Positions 1 through 12,029 of a DNA stretch of 64,000 nucleotides are shown here, piece after piece (position 1 is the stretch's first letter; the number at the start of each line of letters is the position of its first letter). The notes beneath the pieces were generated by a model. That model searched no databases. It was not told where the DNA came from and was given only the letters and a program-made list of their open reading frames with translations. The position numbers and the translations under genes were made by a program. This stretch comes from Amphiscolops sp. MND2022 (Eukaryota). The DNA lies in the NCBI GenBank assembly GCA_964187785.1, contig OZ076418.1, forward strand, positions 58,528,001-58,592,000. The letters run 5' to 3'.

Positions 1-469
1 CTTTTTAACTCAACTAATCTTCATTAAAATCCTATACAGGTGATACAAATTTCTCAATTTTCATTCCTCTGGTACACTTTGGCAAATCTTTTTGAACTAC
101 CTTATAATTAACAACCCTATTCGAACTTTTCTGAATGAACTCTCAGGAATTTTCTACTCTTATGTTACATAGCCTTTCTTCTTACTATGGTACATGAAAA
201 CATTAACATTTCTCTGCCTATGTTATATATAAACTATGATACAAGACGTCTTAAACAATATATACTAGCTAGCACCAAAATATGATACATAAAAGCATCA
301 TCTTCGTAGTACAACTATTGACTCGTTGTTGTCAATCTTCTTACACTTCTTTTGTTTTAGAAACATCTACTTTTCTTCCTCCTCCATCCACATTCATTCA
401 GAACCCACCCACTCTCTCGTCGTTCTATCAAGACTTCCGTCCAAATGTTGGCCCCCGATTCTGAAACAG

Positions 470-866
470 AAGAAAATGTCACAGTGACATCGAACTTTTC
501 AAAAGTCCAAAGTTTAAAGGCTGCCATGTTCCATACAATGGCATTCAAGCTTTCCTGAAAATTGCTTTTCTGAAAGTTCTTTATCACGTCGCTAAAGTAA
601 AGAAAAATAAAATTACTTTCGAACAAAATTCGCGACTACATCTAGATGGCCCAAAAATTGCAATTCGTGAGACCTCATCGAACGTGGTTTTCGGTCTAAA
701 CTCTTCTTTTGCCTCAAAAGACCATTAATTTCGCGCTGCAATCGACGAAGCAATGACTGCTTTTAATAGCACATTACAAGAACTTGGATGTACACAGACT
801 CTCGAGTATTACGACCCACAAGCACATCAAAAACATCCCCCGCAACAACACCCTTTCTATCACTAA
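470..866 (+). pseudogene. Degenerate family A accessory ORF of unknown function
   Basis: Frame 558-866 reads KIAFLKVLYHVAKVKKNKITFEQNSRLHLDGPKIAIRET...KDH*FRAAIDEAMTAFNSTLQELGCTQTLEYYDPQAHQKHPPQQHPFYH*; homologs at 20.9, 39.4 and 45.8 kb. Confidence 0.7.
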
Positions 867-1057
867 TTGACACGAACTTTTGCACTTTTACTCAATGCTT
901 ACCTTTCATCACTCTCTGGATACATCTCTTCTTATTCCTTCATCTTTCCTTGATGATGCTTGCAGATGTTTTCCATTGATCACTCCACCTGAACTTCTTT
1001 ACAACTGAAACACTTCACTGCTCTACGCGCTTCTTTTGATGGTCAACAACATCCATC

Positions 1058-1178
1058 GTCCACATCATCACTATGGTCAGCACTACCCGTCCACATCGTC
1101 ACTTTGGTCAGCACTACCGGTCCACATCGTCACTTTGGCTCATCTCTGGTCAACACCACCCGTCAACATCGTCACTTT
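1058..1178 (+). repeat. Minisatellite, ~30-bp unit x ~4
   Basis: GTCCACATCGTCACTTTGGTCAGCACTACC repeated imperfectly. Confidence 0.85.
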
Positions 1179-2884
1179 CGTCGGCAGCCCACACTGTTTC
1201 TCTGTTGCTCACTTTTCTAACTACCAGTCAACTGTTCCAATACCCGTCAACAAAAGTATTTCAAACTGAACTAATAACTTGTAACAAAAACTAAACTTTG
1301 TAATAATCTTGTCTTCGCATAACCACAAATTTTAATTTCTAAAAAAATTCTAATTATCTCTTGTATAATCTTTTACCCCCCCCCCACCACAATGCTATTA
1401 ACTCCTATATGATGCTATTAACCTTTATTCTAACCACAACTTGTTTTTGTACAGTTTATTTTAACCACAACTTGTAACTACATTATAATTATCTCGTAGC
1501 CAAAATTTGTAATCTCGCCTAATCTTTGGCAATATAAGTTGTATTTCATGTTATGTAATATCATGTAAAAATTCTAAGATTTTTTCTTCTTCCCCAAAAA
1601 ACTGAGCATAATACATTTTTATTGCACTTCTTTTTTCAGTACAAAAATTCTTCTTATCGTACAGAAAAATTTTTCTTCAAAGAACATTCCTATTTTACTT
1701 CATATTCAACATTTTTAGAGTTTGAGACACTTCAAAGTTGAATAAGTTCAAGGTCGAACAAGTTCTAAGATTTTACTTTCGCTCTACTCGTCACTTTTGT
1801 TGAAAACGAACTCTCACTAGAACCTTGACTTTCCAAAACTTCTTCGCTTTTGGTTCAAACAACCGCCAATGTTGGTTCACAACTCATTGACTCCAACAAG
1901 CTTTACTTCTTCAACTTGAAAAAGTTTTCAATTCTGACTAACTCATGTTGATGAACATTCTTTTTCAAACAAGCCGATGGTTGATACGAAAAAATAACAT
2001 GAAATAGTAAACAAGTTGTCAATAATAACTTGAATAAAACTGAAACCTTTTGCACCAAATGAATCATCTATGACGTAAGAAGTCAAATCGTCTTAGGTTG
2101 TTCTCACTCCTTAAGTATGGTACATTTCAGAACAAAACTCATGGATACTACATATGAAACAAATCCATCCATATAACATCTGAAACAAACACTTTAGAAC
2201 TTCTCAATCCCAAAGTGCAGACATAAAATTCTAAATTTCAAAATTCCCGGTTGATTGTGATGCCATGACACATGTCCTCAAAGATTCTATATTCTTGAAA
2301 TAAACCTGAACTCTTAACCCAAGTAAATAATAGATGTAATTCTATTTGGAAACTAATTATCTTTGAAGAAACTTCACTTGATACATCCTGTAACAAGCTT
2401 TTCAGATCCATCCTTTTACTGTCATCTCTTATTAATGTAAATGATTATAACCTACTTTAGTTTGATAGAATATATCTACTCGGAGAAACATAGAATCTGA
2501 TCTACTGAACGGTCTTCCTCTAAAAGAAAGAACTAACTGAGATCTCAGCAAGATTAGGCTTAGAATTAGCCAGCTAAACTGACTTGAAACAACGTTAATC
2601 TGACTTGAAGACTCTGCTGTTAAAATCTTAGACTTCTTATGTCTACAAAAAAGATCTGAAAATAATAACACATTGCATTTTTTACAGCTCAGGATGCGAT
2701 AAAATATATTGTAATTTCAGATTGTAACTAACTCAGCAGAAGAATAACGACAATCTTGTATTCAAGACGACTCCTCATCTAAGAGAGGAACACTAAAATC
2801 TGAGATCTCAATCTGACTTTACATTTGTAAAGGAAAAAGAAGCTAGCTAAGAAACGGTTTTGCTTAAGACTTAGAAACTGCTCA

Positions 2885-3425
2885 TGTATAACTTGAAAGA
2901 CCTAAAAAATATTACACAAATTTTAAGCAGCACATTTGGTGCGACCACAAAAACTATTCTCTTTCTTCTTTTTATTCCACAAACTCTCACCTCTTGCACA
3001 TCTTTTCTTCTCTTTTTCATCCGCTATTTTTTTATTCGACATACAGTCTCTCCACAACTTGGTATTATCTACAGCTATTATCTCCTCGTTCCAGCCAATT
3101 TTCCCTGAAAATTGATTCATGTTGATATTGTTCTGACTACGCACTATACGTAATATCAGTCAGTTAATTTCTTCAACGTTACAACCACTTTTAACAGTGA
3201 TACGTGTTGGTCATTCATTTCCGATCCAACCACAATAAACGTGATACGTGTTGGTAATATCTTTCTCCGTTCCAACAACGACAAACCCGTTTGGTGCTAG
3301 TTTTCCTTTCAACGTTCCAACCGCACACGTGCGATACGTGTTGGTTGCTTTTCAAAAAAGTGCTGTCCGACAATTCCTGCTAGTTTCTTTCTTTTCTAGC
3401 CGTTTGGGTCCTTAAAGTTGGCACA
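2885..3425 (+). repeat. Family A LTR (~541 bp)
   Basis: Starts TGTATAAC, contains TGGTGCGACCAC, ends GTTGGCACA; homologous to 60139-60595 and 17353-17809; three GATACGTGTTGG units at 3198-3345. Confidence 0.75.
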
Positions 3426-4479
3426 TCATCTTTAATTTTTTAAAAACTGGTACGAAAATAGATACAAAATAAACACAAAACTATTAGGCTCAAAAATCTT
3501 ATCCAAAACTATATTACAGGTATATTATACTATATTTTATAGAACAATCATAATAATACCATATTATCCATAGTATATAATATATCAGACGGAAAAAAAC
3601 TTTATAATACATTATCTTATTATTTGATAAATGCCTTCAGCCGATGAAGTTGTAAAAATTGTAATCAACCTTTTACGGATTTTCTTTGCATTCATTGCAG
3701 GTCTTGCATTAATATTTGATCTATTTTTGATTCCTTTTATACCCCAAGTTTAGAACAATCCTTCATTCTACATTTACAATACTTAAAATAGTACTACCTT
3801 TTTGTGGTCTTTTTGGAATATATTATACATTTTGTTCTCGTATACCATATGAAACAAACAGAATATTACTTTTCTTGTGTACTATCCATACTATTGTTGT
3901 TCAAATTCTGTTTGTAGAACAGTTCTTCCCCTATAATACAAATTTTAATACCGAACATCAACTCGTTCATTACATGTACCCTTTATTTAGAAACTATATT
4001 CTACAAAAGTGATTTACAACGATATTTTATATGATACACAATGCTTCCAGCTCCATTTCAAAATAACCTCACCTCAACATATGAACAACCGTTTCCTTGG
4101 TCAAGATATTAAACCATTCCTAAATAACATCATTTTACAATACACGAATCATGTTCCATTTAAAAGAGAAGCACACTCTGTACATACAACTCATTTTACA
4201 AGAACATTTAGATTCAAACTTGGTTTACATTAGATTCAAACTAAATTACATTAGATACAAAACATTGGTTATCAATACATCTCAAAACCCATTTCAAATC
4301 ATTTTAACCCTGTTCAAAACATTAATTTTTGAATAAATTATAGAACAATTCATTCACAAAGTATCCCATTTCCACTTGAGGATGTTTTACTGCAAACCTA
4401 AACAAACTCATAGAAGATAATGAAAATCTAGAACATCCCATATATAGACCTTCTCATCCAGAAAGTCTATGAGAAAAAA

Positions 4480-4700
4480 TCGAATATTTCGAAGTACATG
4501 ATAATGAAGCAAAGATCAAACGACAAGATAATCCTCACTATTGGTTACAACAAGATATTCTACAGAGAACCCAATTCCAGTACAGATTTTTCCAAAAGAT
4601 CATACTCAACGAAGATATTGTACATCAAATTGAAGGTTACTCTCAATTTTTGTTTAAAATTTTTAGCTTCAACTATCAGCTTCTATAAAAAAACAAGATC
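4480..4700 (+). pseudogene. Conserved domain upstream of the family A Gag capsid region
   Basis: HYWLQQDILQRTQFQYRFFQKIILNEDIVHQIEGYSQFL aligns with HHWLTTVILQIHHFQYKFFQNFTLNTETKEQIRIYSLFF at 16290-16480(-). Confidence 0.6.
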
Positions 4701-5629
4701 AGCCTGCTTTTAAAAATTTTCGACAAACATTAACACGTGCAGAATTTTTTCCTTTCGTCATTGACGATGAATACAAACACCCTATTTACAGAGATCCTAC
4801 AAAATTACAAGCACGGTATTTTGAAGTGTAATCATATGATACCAGTTTTTTCGTTGAACACTCAGAAACATCTGATAATAGACGATATTTACCATCTGAT
4901 ACCCATACTGACAATCCTTATTATGATTATGATACTACTACATCACAAAATGAGCAAATTGAAACACTTCATTACTCACAATAATTATTGATTGATACAC
5001 ATCAAAATACTTATGAACTTTTAGATTCGACCGCACAAATTCAAAATTTACTTACCTTTGAAATTACATAAAATTCTCCAGATGACAATAATACAGACGT
5101 CCAAGACACTAAAACTGATACCCATGGTTGCTAGAGTTACTACAGACTCTATCCTTCTTAATGTTGCAAAACGACAAATTGAACAAAAAAAAACGATGAA
5201 AACCAAACTACTTCAATGCAAAAAGACCCATCAACTATAATACGCAAAATTCTGATGATACGTCCCCTCCAACGCTTCCACAACAAATCACAAGAACTTA
5301 TGATCCATCTCCAGTACCTCATCAATTCTTTCCAAACAATACTCCTCATTACTCGCCACAACAAGATTCTCCAAATATGAATATTGTACCGTCTGTTGCT
5401 TCAACTCAATCTCGACATATCATTTTACGTACACCACCATACACCCTGCTCAATCTTGAAATATACAACCATCCAACTTCACTATAAATACAATCCACAC
5501 CAATCCACATAATTATCCTACATCTTCTAGAACACTGTCTGACCTCCATTACCTCTAAGCCCAAACAATCCACTTTCATACAATCATTGTAGTACAATTA
5601 TTCATAAGGGTCAACAACCTCCAACAATG

Positions 5630-6770
5630 TCACCTTGGATCATAACTATACACCCGAAGATTTTTTATAGCACATTGAAGCTCGTGTAACAATTTCACTG
5701 GTTTACAACCCTCAAATGAACATGAAAATAGATTCTGGCACGCTAGACGTATAGTTTTCATACAATGTTCTTTAACAGGTACAGCTCTCAGTTGGAATTT
5801 TTGCCTCCGTGATACTTACAAACAAGATTGATCCGCTTTTGTACAAGCATTCAAAAAACAAATTTCCTCACAAAAGAATGCATATTACGCTCAAGTCAAT
5901 GCTATTACACTTTTCAAAAAGGACAATGAAATAATCCGCCACTTTGCCCTCAAAGTTCAAAAACTAGTTGAAAGAGGCTGGTGTAATGAGAACGCCTCAA
6001 CAATCAACATTAAATGTAATGAAGTTTTCACAAAGGGATTACCAAAAATTCTTAAAGACTTTGCTAACAAAATACAAGTCAATCACACTTTTACTGTTTT
6101 AGAATCCCCAATACCTTTTCATACATTAGTTAAACTTGTTGATGCTGAGGAAATGAGGATATAGCTAATGATAAAATCCGTACATATGATCTTACTTTAA
6201 AAGTAAATAAAATTACGAATAAATTACAATCTCAAACTATTCAACAACAACCAGAACAACTTAAGTTCACCCAATCTAGAGATCCAAATATTAAAGCAAA
6301 GCCTGCATACAAGAAACACTGTTCATATTGCCACAGAACAAATCATTTTATTTCATCCTGTTTCAAAAAACACAGAGAGGGTTTTGATAAAAAAGACGCC
6401 TAAGTGAGATCCAAGTCTCCACAGAAATCTTTTGTACAATATTCTTGGTCTAACTCTACCAACCAATCAAACAGAACTGATGACAAGACAAATGATTATT
6501 ACAACCAATCACGTAGTCGAAGTACCTCACGAAACAACGATCAAAATGAAAATAACGTTTCATCATACGATCAAAAATAATAACTCACATGACAGATATC
6601 GTGCTTTATCACGAGATTGAAACCATTATGACACAAGTACTACTCCTCAATATTACACTCGTTCACGGTATGACAATTATAAACAAGACTCTCGATCGTA
6701 TCGTTCTCCTTACAGATCATATAGATCACCTTAAAGACGCAATTCTCATCCTAGATACAGATCCCGTTCT
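5630..6770 (+). pseudogene. gag: Degenerate Gypsy Gag (capsid, CCHC knuckle, RS-rich tail)
   Basis: LDHNYTPEDF..HIEARVT, QCSLTGTALSW, RHFALKVQKLVERGWCNE, FTKGLPK; CSYCHRTNHFISSC at 6320-6361; stops and frameshifts. Confidence 0.85.
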
Positions 6771-6799
6771 TTGAGATAACACTACACCTAACACTTAAC

Positions 6800-7010
6800 C
6801 TCTAAAACGTTAACCGTTGCTCACCAGACAGAAGTCCCTATATTACATTATGTAACTCTTACATTGAACACAGCTATTGATGCAAATTCTCGTCAAATCG
6901 TTATTCCATTTGCAGTTGCTGATATCAAACATAATACTCTTGGTATTCCATTATTCGAAGAATAAATACTAAACATTAACATACAAGACTTTACATTACG
7001 AAATAGACAC
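6800..7010 (+). pseudogene. pol: Aspartic protease C-terminal fragment
   Basis: TVAHQTEVPILHYVTLTLNT...IPFAVADIKHNTLGIPLFEE, paralogous to 9584-10135. Confidence 0.75.
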
Positions 7011-7125
7011 CTTTCTAAAGAATTTCCTAACCACAATAAATTCACTTCACTCCTGTCAAAAGATTATCCTCACTATAGAAATAACTCTAAAACACAAATT
7101 CGCTTGAAACCCATTTCTTATAAGA

Positions 7126-8187
7126 TTGCTCATTTTCGTATACAAAACTATTACAACCTTCATTTCACCACCATCTATCCTTTATGGCAAACCTACTATT
7201 CTGACTAGTCACTTCATAACAAAATGCTTCCTACCCGTCAGTTATTTTGAACAAATCAATCTCGACCATAATTTTTTTGTAGAACATTCTGAAACATCAG
7301 ACAATAGACCTTATACTACATCTAATGTCCTTCCTGAACCTACTTTAGAAGAACACAATCTTAATACAATACCACATTATACTCAACAGAATACTGTACA
7401 ACTCAACCAAGATGACTTCATGGATCATTTACAAACCCAACAATCTCAACAATTAAATCCAATACTTGCTCAGCAACAACAAGACCCTGCTACATTACAA
7501 CTAAATCCTTCTGAAACTGGTAAAATACAAAATGCATCAGAAAAAACTGTACATAATACACAAAGTTTTACACTAATCAGTGACTCAAATTTAATACAAG
7601 TTCCTATACATGACACAACACAAAATACAACTGATAACCAAACTCAAAATGACATTACTCAAAGTACAAATCAAGATAACACATCTACTTTATCCAAATC
7701 TTACACAAATATAACACAACCATTTCAAACACAACAAACATCACCTCAAAATTATGACCCACCTTCTCTTCCACTACAATATTCAACTCAAATCAGTCCT
7801 CATAACTCCCCTCAACAAGGTTCTTCAAATACACAAACTACAAATACAGTACATTTTCAAACAACAACTCCAACAACACAACCTATTGTACAAACTTTAA
7901 CATATGCTCCAGCTCCAAGTAACCAAACACAAAGTGCTCAAACCGGTTTAAACATTAAGACTCTTCATTCCAATCCAATGCCTAATTACACAACTTCTAG
8001 AAGTCTTTCTAGACCTCCATTGCAATCCATTCCGACTAATCCTTTATCATACAATCTTGCAAGCACAAATCCTGGTAATACACAACATTCTACGACAAAT
8101 AATAACGAACTCAATCCCTTAAACACTTTTCCTCCTTCTCTAATTAAACAACGAGAAATACACTACAAAACACTCGATTCCAAATAA
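7126..8187 (+). CDS. gag: 353-aa open frame, mostly the Q/T/N/S/P-rich low-complexity Gag linker
   Basis: Longest ORF in the window; lies directly upstream of the capsid at 8350; N-terminus probably chimeric with post-protease sequence. Confidence 0.5.
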   Translation: MLIFVYKTITTFISPPSILYGKPTILTSHFITKCFLPVSYFEQINLDHNFFVEHSETSDNRPYTTSNVLPEPTLEEHNLNTIPHYTQQNTVQLNQDDFMDHLQTQQSQQLNPILAQQQQDPATLQLNPSETGKIQNASEKTVHNTQSFTLISDSNLIQVPIHDTTQNTTDNQTQNDITQSTNQDNTSTLSKSYTNITQPFQTQQTSPQNYDPPSLPLQYSTQISPHNSPQQGSSNTQTTNTVHFQTTTPTTQPIVQTLTYAPAPSNQTQSAQTGLNIKTLHSNPMPNYTTSRSLSRPPLQSIPTNPLSYNLASTNPGNTQHSTTNNNELNPLNTFPPSLIKQREIHYKTLDSK

Positions 8188-8349
8188 CAAATGCTCCTTC
8201 AACAAATATCAGAACTAATGCTCACTTTAACACTACACTTACGAACCCTTTTATGAATACATCAAATAGGTCAAATATCTCAACATTACAGTACCACCAT
8301 CTACAATTCCTCACACAACAATTTCACAACCAACTTACATAAACTCTTC

Positions 8350-9580
8350 TACATCAATCTCTGAACCAATCAAATTTTTTGATGGCCTAGATCATAATAA
8401 TACAACCGAAGAATATTTACAACATATTGAGGCTTGTGTAACATTTTCATTAGGTTTACAACCTACGTCTGCTCATGAATATAAATTTTGGCACGCTCGA
8501 AGAATGGGTTTTATACAATGTTCTTTAACAGGCACAGCTCTTAGTTGGTACATCCGTTTAAATGACACTTATTAACACAATTGGCACGCTTTTGTACAAG
8601 CTTTCACAAAACAATTTTCCTCTCAAAAAATGCTTACTATGCTCAAGTCGAAGCTCTCAATGTAACAAAAAAGACAATGAAACAGTACTTCATTTGGCAC
8701 TCAAAGTTCAGCAGCTGGTTGAAAAAGGCTGGTGTAATGAGAATGCATCTACTATTAATCTCAAATGCAATGCAATTTTCACGAAAGGACTTCCCAAAAA
8801 TCTCAAAGACTTTGCTAAAAAAGACAAAGACAAGTGAAACACACCTCTACTGTTTTGGAACCTTCCATCTTTTTTCATTCATTGGTAAAACTCGTTGATG
8901 CTGAAGATATTGCAAATGATAAAATCAGAACACATGACCTTGCATTTGATTTTAAAAATATTACAAAACAACTACAAACTCAAACTCTTGACTCTTCACC
9001 ACAAAAACAACTTATGTTTACACATCAAACAACAAAAAAACCAGCATATAAAAAATATTGCTCATTTTGTCATAGAACAAATCACTCCATCTCTGCTTGT
9101 TTCAAAAAACAACGAGATGATGAAGATAAACGAGATGCTTATGCTCGATCAAAATCTCCACAAAACTCATTTGTACATTACTTTCGTTCTCCTTCTAATG
9201 ACAAAACAAAACGAAATAATACACATTTTAGAAGTAGAAGTACTTCACGGAACAACTCTTAGAACAAACATCATTCACAAAACAGATATCGCCCTACATC
9301 CAGTGATAGATTTAGTTATGACAAAAATACTACTCCGCCACAATACTCTAGATCACGACAAGATAATTATAAACGAGACTCAAGATCCTATCGTTCTCCT
9401 TACAGATCTTCTTATAGATCGCCTTACAGATACAACTCTTGTCCCAGATTTAGATCACGCTCATATTCAAGAGACAATAAAAATTTTACAAAATTTACAA
9501 CTTCATACAAACCACCTTCAAGACCAAGAGATTCTAGATTTTCTAGATCCCGTTCACACTCAAATTCTAGAAATAAAGTC
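8350..9580 (+). pseudogene. gag: Degenerate Gypsy Gag (second copy)
   Basis: IKFFDGLDH...EEYLQHIEA, QCSLTGTALSWY, KVQQLVEKGWCNE; CX2CX4HX4C (CSFCHRTNHSISAC) at 9059-9100; RS/YRSP-rich tail. Confidence 0.9.
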
Positions 9581-9583
9581 AAA

Positions 9584-10135
9584 ATGATAAATTCACAAAC
9601 CCACTCTGACCCAATGAACTTCGAAGTACACATGTATCATCCAACTGAAATGGCAAATGCTGTAACACCTACAAGCTGGTATTACACCCTATACGTACAT
9701 GCACCATCAAGTCAAATTCAACGTGATAGCCCATCACGAGTAGAGATCTCATTTCTTTTAGATAGCGGTGCTTCAATGTCATTGCTAAAATACCCCACTT
9801 ACATCACTCTTCCAAAACTCTTAAATGTTAAACAAAATAACACTCCTAATGCTTCAAAAACTTTGACTGTTGCAAACCAAACCGAAGTACCTATACTACA
9901 CTATGTTAATATAATCTTAAACACAACAATTGAAGACAGTTCCTGTCTCGTTATGGTACCTTTCGCAGTAGCGGACATTAAATTTAATACCTTTGGTACA
10001 CCCTTCTTTGAAGACAATATACAAAATATAAACATACAAGACTCTTCATTACAAATTAAATACCATTCGACAATACACCCCAACTATGCAAAATTCACAT
10101 CACTCTTATCTAAAGACTACCCAAATTTTTCATAA
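9584..10135 (+). pseudogene. pol: Retropepsin protease
   Basis: FLLDSGASMS active-site motif. Confidence 0.9.
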
Positions 10136-10407
10136 AACTATAGAATCAACTCTAAAACACAAAATCGTTCGAAACCTAATTCTTCTAAAATCGCACACTT
10201 CCCAATAAAAAACTATTATGCCCTTCATTTTACAACTACACCACAAAATCACTTCAATCCTACAAAACCTAACACTTCCTTTGCTACAAAGTTTCGTACA
10301 ACCTTCATTTTCATTGTGGTCTTAACAGATAAAACCCCAGACATCTGTGCGACTATCATAGAAAACACCTCAAAACATGTTGCAACATTACCTACAGGAC
10401 ATATTGG

Positions 10408-10560
10408 ATGTATCGAAGTTTCATTGGTGCACTCAACTTTTACACCAAATTTCTTGAAAAACTACATGTTAACCTGAAACCATTTTACAATCTTTTACAT
10501 GCGAATAATCCATGGAAATGGACTGATGAACATGAACGTCTTTTTCGCAAATTGAACAAA
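10408..10560 (+). pseudogene. pol: RT thumb/connection fragment after an internal deletion
   Basis: SFIGALNFYTKFLEKLHVNLKPFYNLLH..PWKWTDEHERLF. Confidence 0.8.
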
Positions 10561-11199
10561 CTTTTCCATCCCTTTTCATTTAAATCTGTGACTCGTTTTC
10601 AAAGCCCCTGTTAAAAAGAACAATAAATCCTTTCACCAACAATCTCTACTACTCATTGACACTGATATTACAAGTGATGACGAAGAACATATATATATAT
10701 ATATATAATAGAATTCCCAAACACGAATCTTCCTTTTCGACTGATAGAATTCTACAACAAGAAACTTAGTCTACGATAAAAAATTGATGTTTACTACTCC
10801 ATAAGAATCTACAGCTGCAATAAATGTACAAACAAATTCTAGATCTCTTACCAATTACTTACAAATAATGCCTTTTGTGACACTTCCTTTTTCATGTACA
10901 GAAACTATTTTCAAACTTTCTTTCTCCCCGATGATTACTCACTAGATATCAAAACACTTCAACAACAATCTCAAGATCCAGTTCTTAGAACTGTCTATTC
11001 TTGGATAATCCACAATGACAAACCTGCATCACTTACCCCAATCATCACTGGCACTCCTTTCTTACATGCATTTTACAAACGACTTTCACAACTTTTTATA
11101 GATGATTCTACAAATCTTATTAGCCTATATGTAACACCTTCATCTATTACAAGTCAATCTTCCCCTCCAGATCTTGTTCGTGCTACTATTCGAATCTGT

Positions 11200-11973
11200 C
11201 TTCTCTTTTGAATGTTTAAAACGGTCTTTAACAAACTTCATGGACACTCTCTCTCAGGTATCAAAATAACATAAAACACGTTTTCTCAATATTACTATAT
11301 TCCATATCTCGAAAAATGGCTCTCCATTTTCATACATTGAATACCAACGCAATAAACATTTCAATATGAAAATTCAAACTGCTCATACACAAACCTTTTA
11401 AGAACATGCTCCGTCTTTCAACTAACTATTTCTTTGGACACCAAAGGACCTATCAAACCTCCTTCACACAGGAAATCTTTTATACATGTCATAATTGATG
11501 AATTCAGTCACTTTGTTGTTACAGTACCAAATATAGCAAATAACGCTAAAACTGCAATCAAACCACTTTTACACCATTGGAATATTAAATTTGGACCACC
11601 CATATACCTTGTCACTGATCGTGGATCAGAATATGTCAACAAAGAAATGGCACACTTTCGTACACTCATGGGAATTAGTCACTCCCCTAAAACAGCTTGT
11701 TCTCCTTGGACAAATGGCCTTGTCGAAGTACAAAACAGAAACCTTGGTACTCATCTACGAATTTTGCTTCAAGACACTCATAACGACTGGGCTTTCCAAG
11801 TCCATATGTATGCTTACGCACACGATTCTCAACCTCTTTCAGAACTCAATGTTTCCCCTCATGAAATTGCCATTCACACACGACCCAGAATACAACTTAC
11901 GTTGGAATTAAATCTCAATCGAGATACATTCAAAACGTGTATTTCCAAATATCGTTCTCAACTTCCAGAATAA
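11200..11973 (+). pseudogene. pol: Integrase (family A)
   Basis: LHGHSLSG zinc-finger start; MDTKGP, IIDEFSHF, LVTDRGSEY, WTNGLVEVQN (DDE core). Confidence 0.92.
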
Positions 11974-12029
11974 TCTCATTATGACGAAACGGATCTAAGC
12001 CCTTTCATTTCAATAAAAAAATCAAACCT

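Larger units (their letters stand above)
1..3425 (+). mobile_element. 3' end of a family A Gypsy element (accessory ORFs, 3' UTR, LTR)
   Basis: ~1700-2890 is the reverse-complement homolog of ~19100-19700 (e.g. TTCAAGACGACT.CTCATCTAAGAGAG...GCTAAGAAACGG...AAGACTTAGAAACT.CTCATGTATAACTTGAAA); ends in an LTR. Confidence 0.8.
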
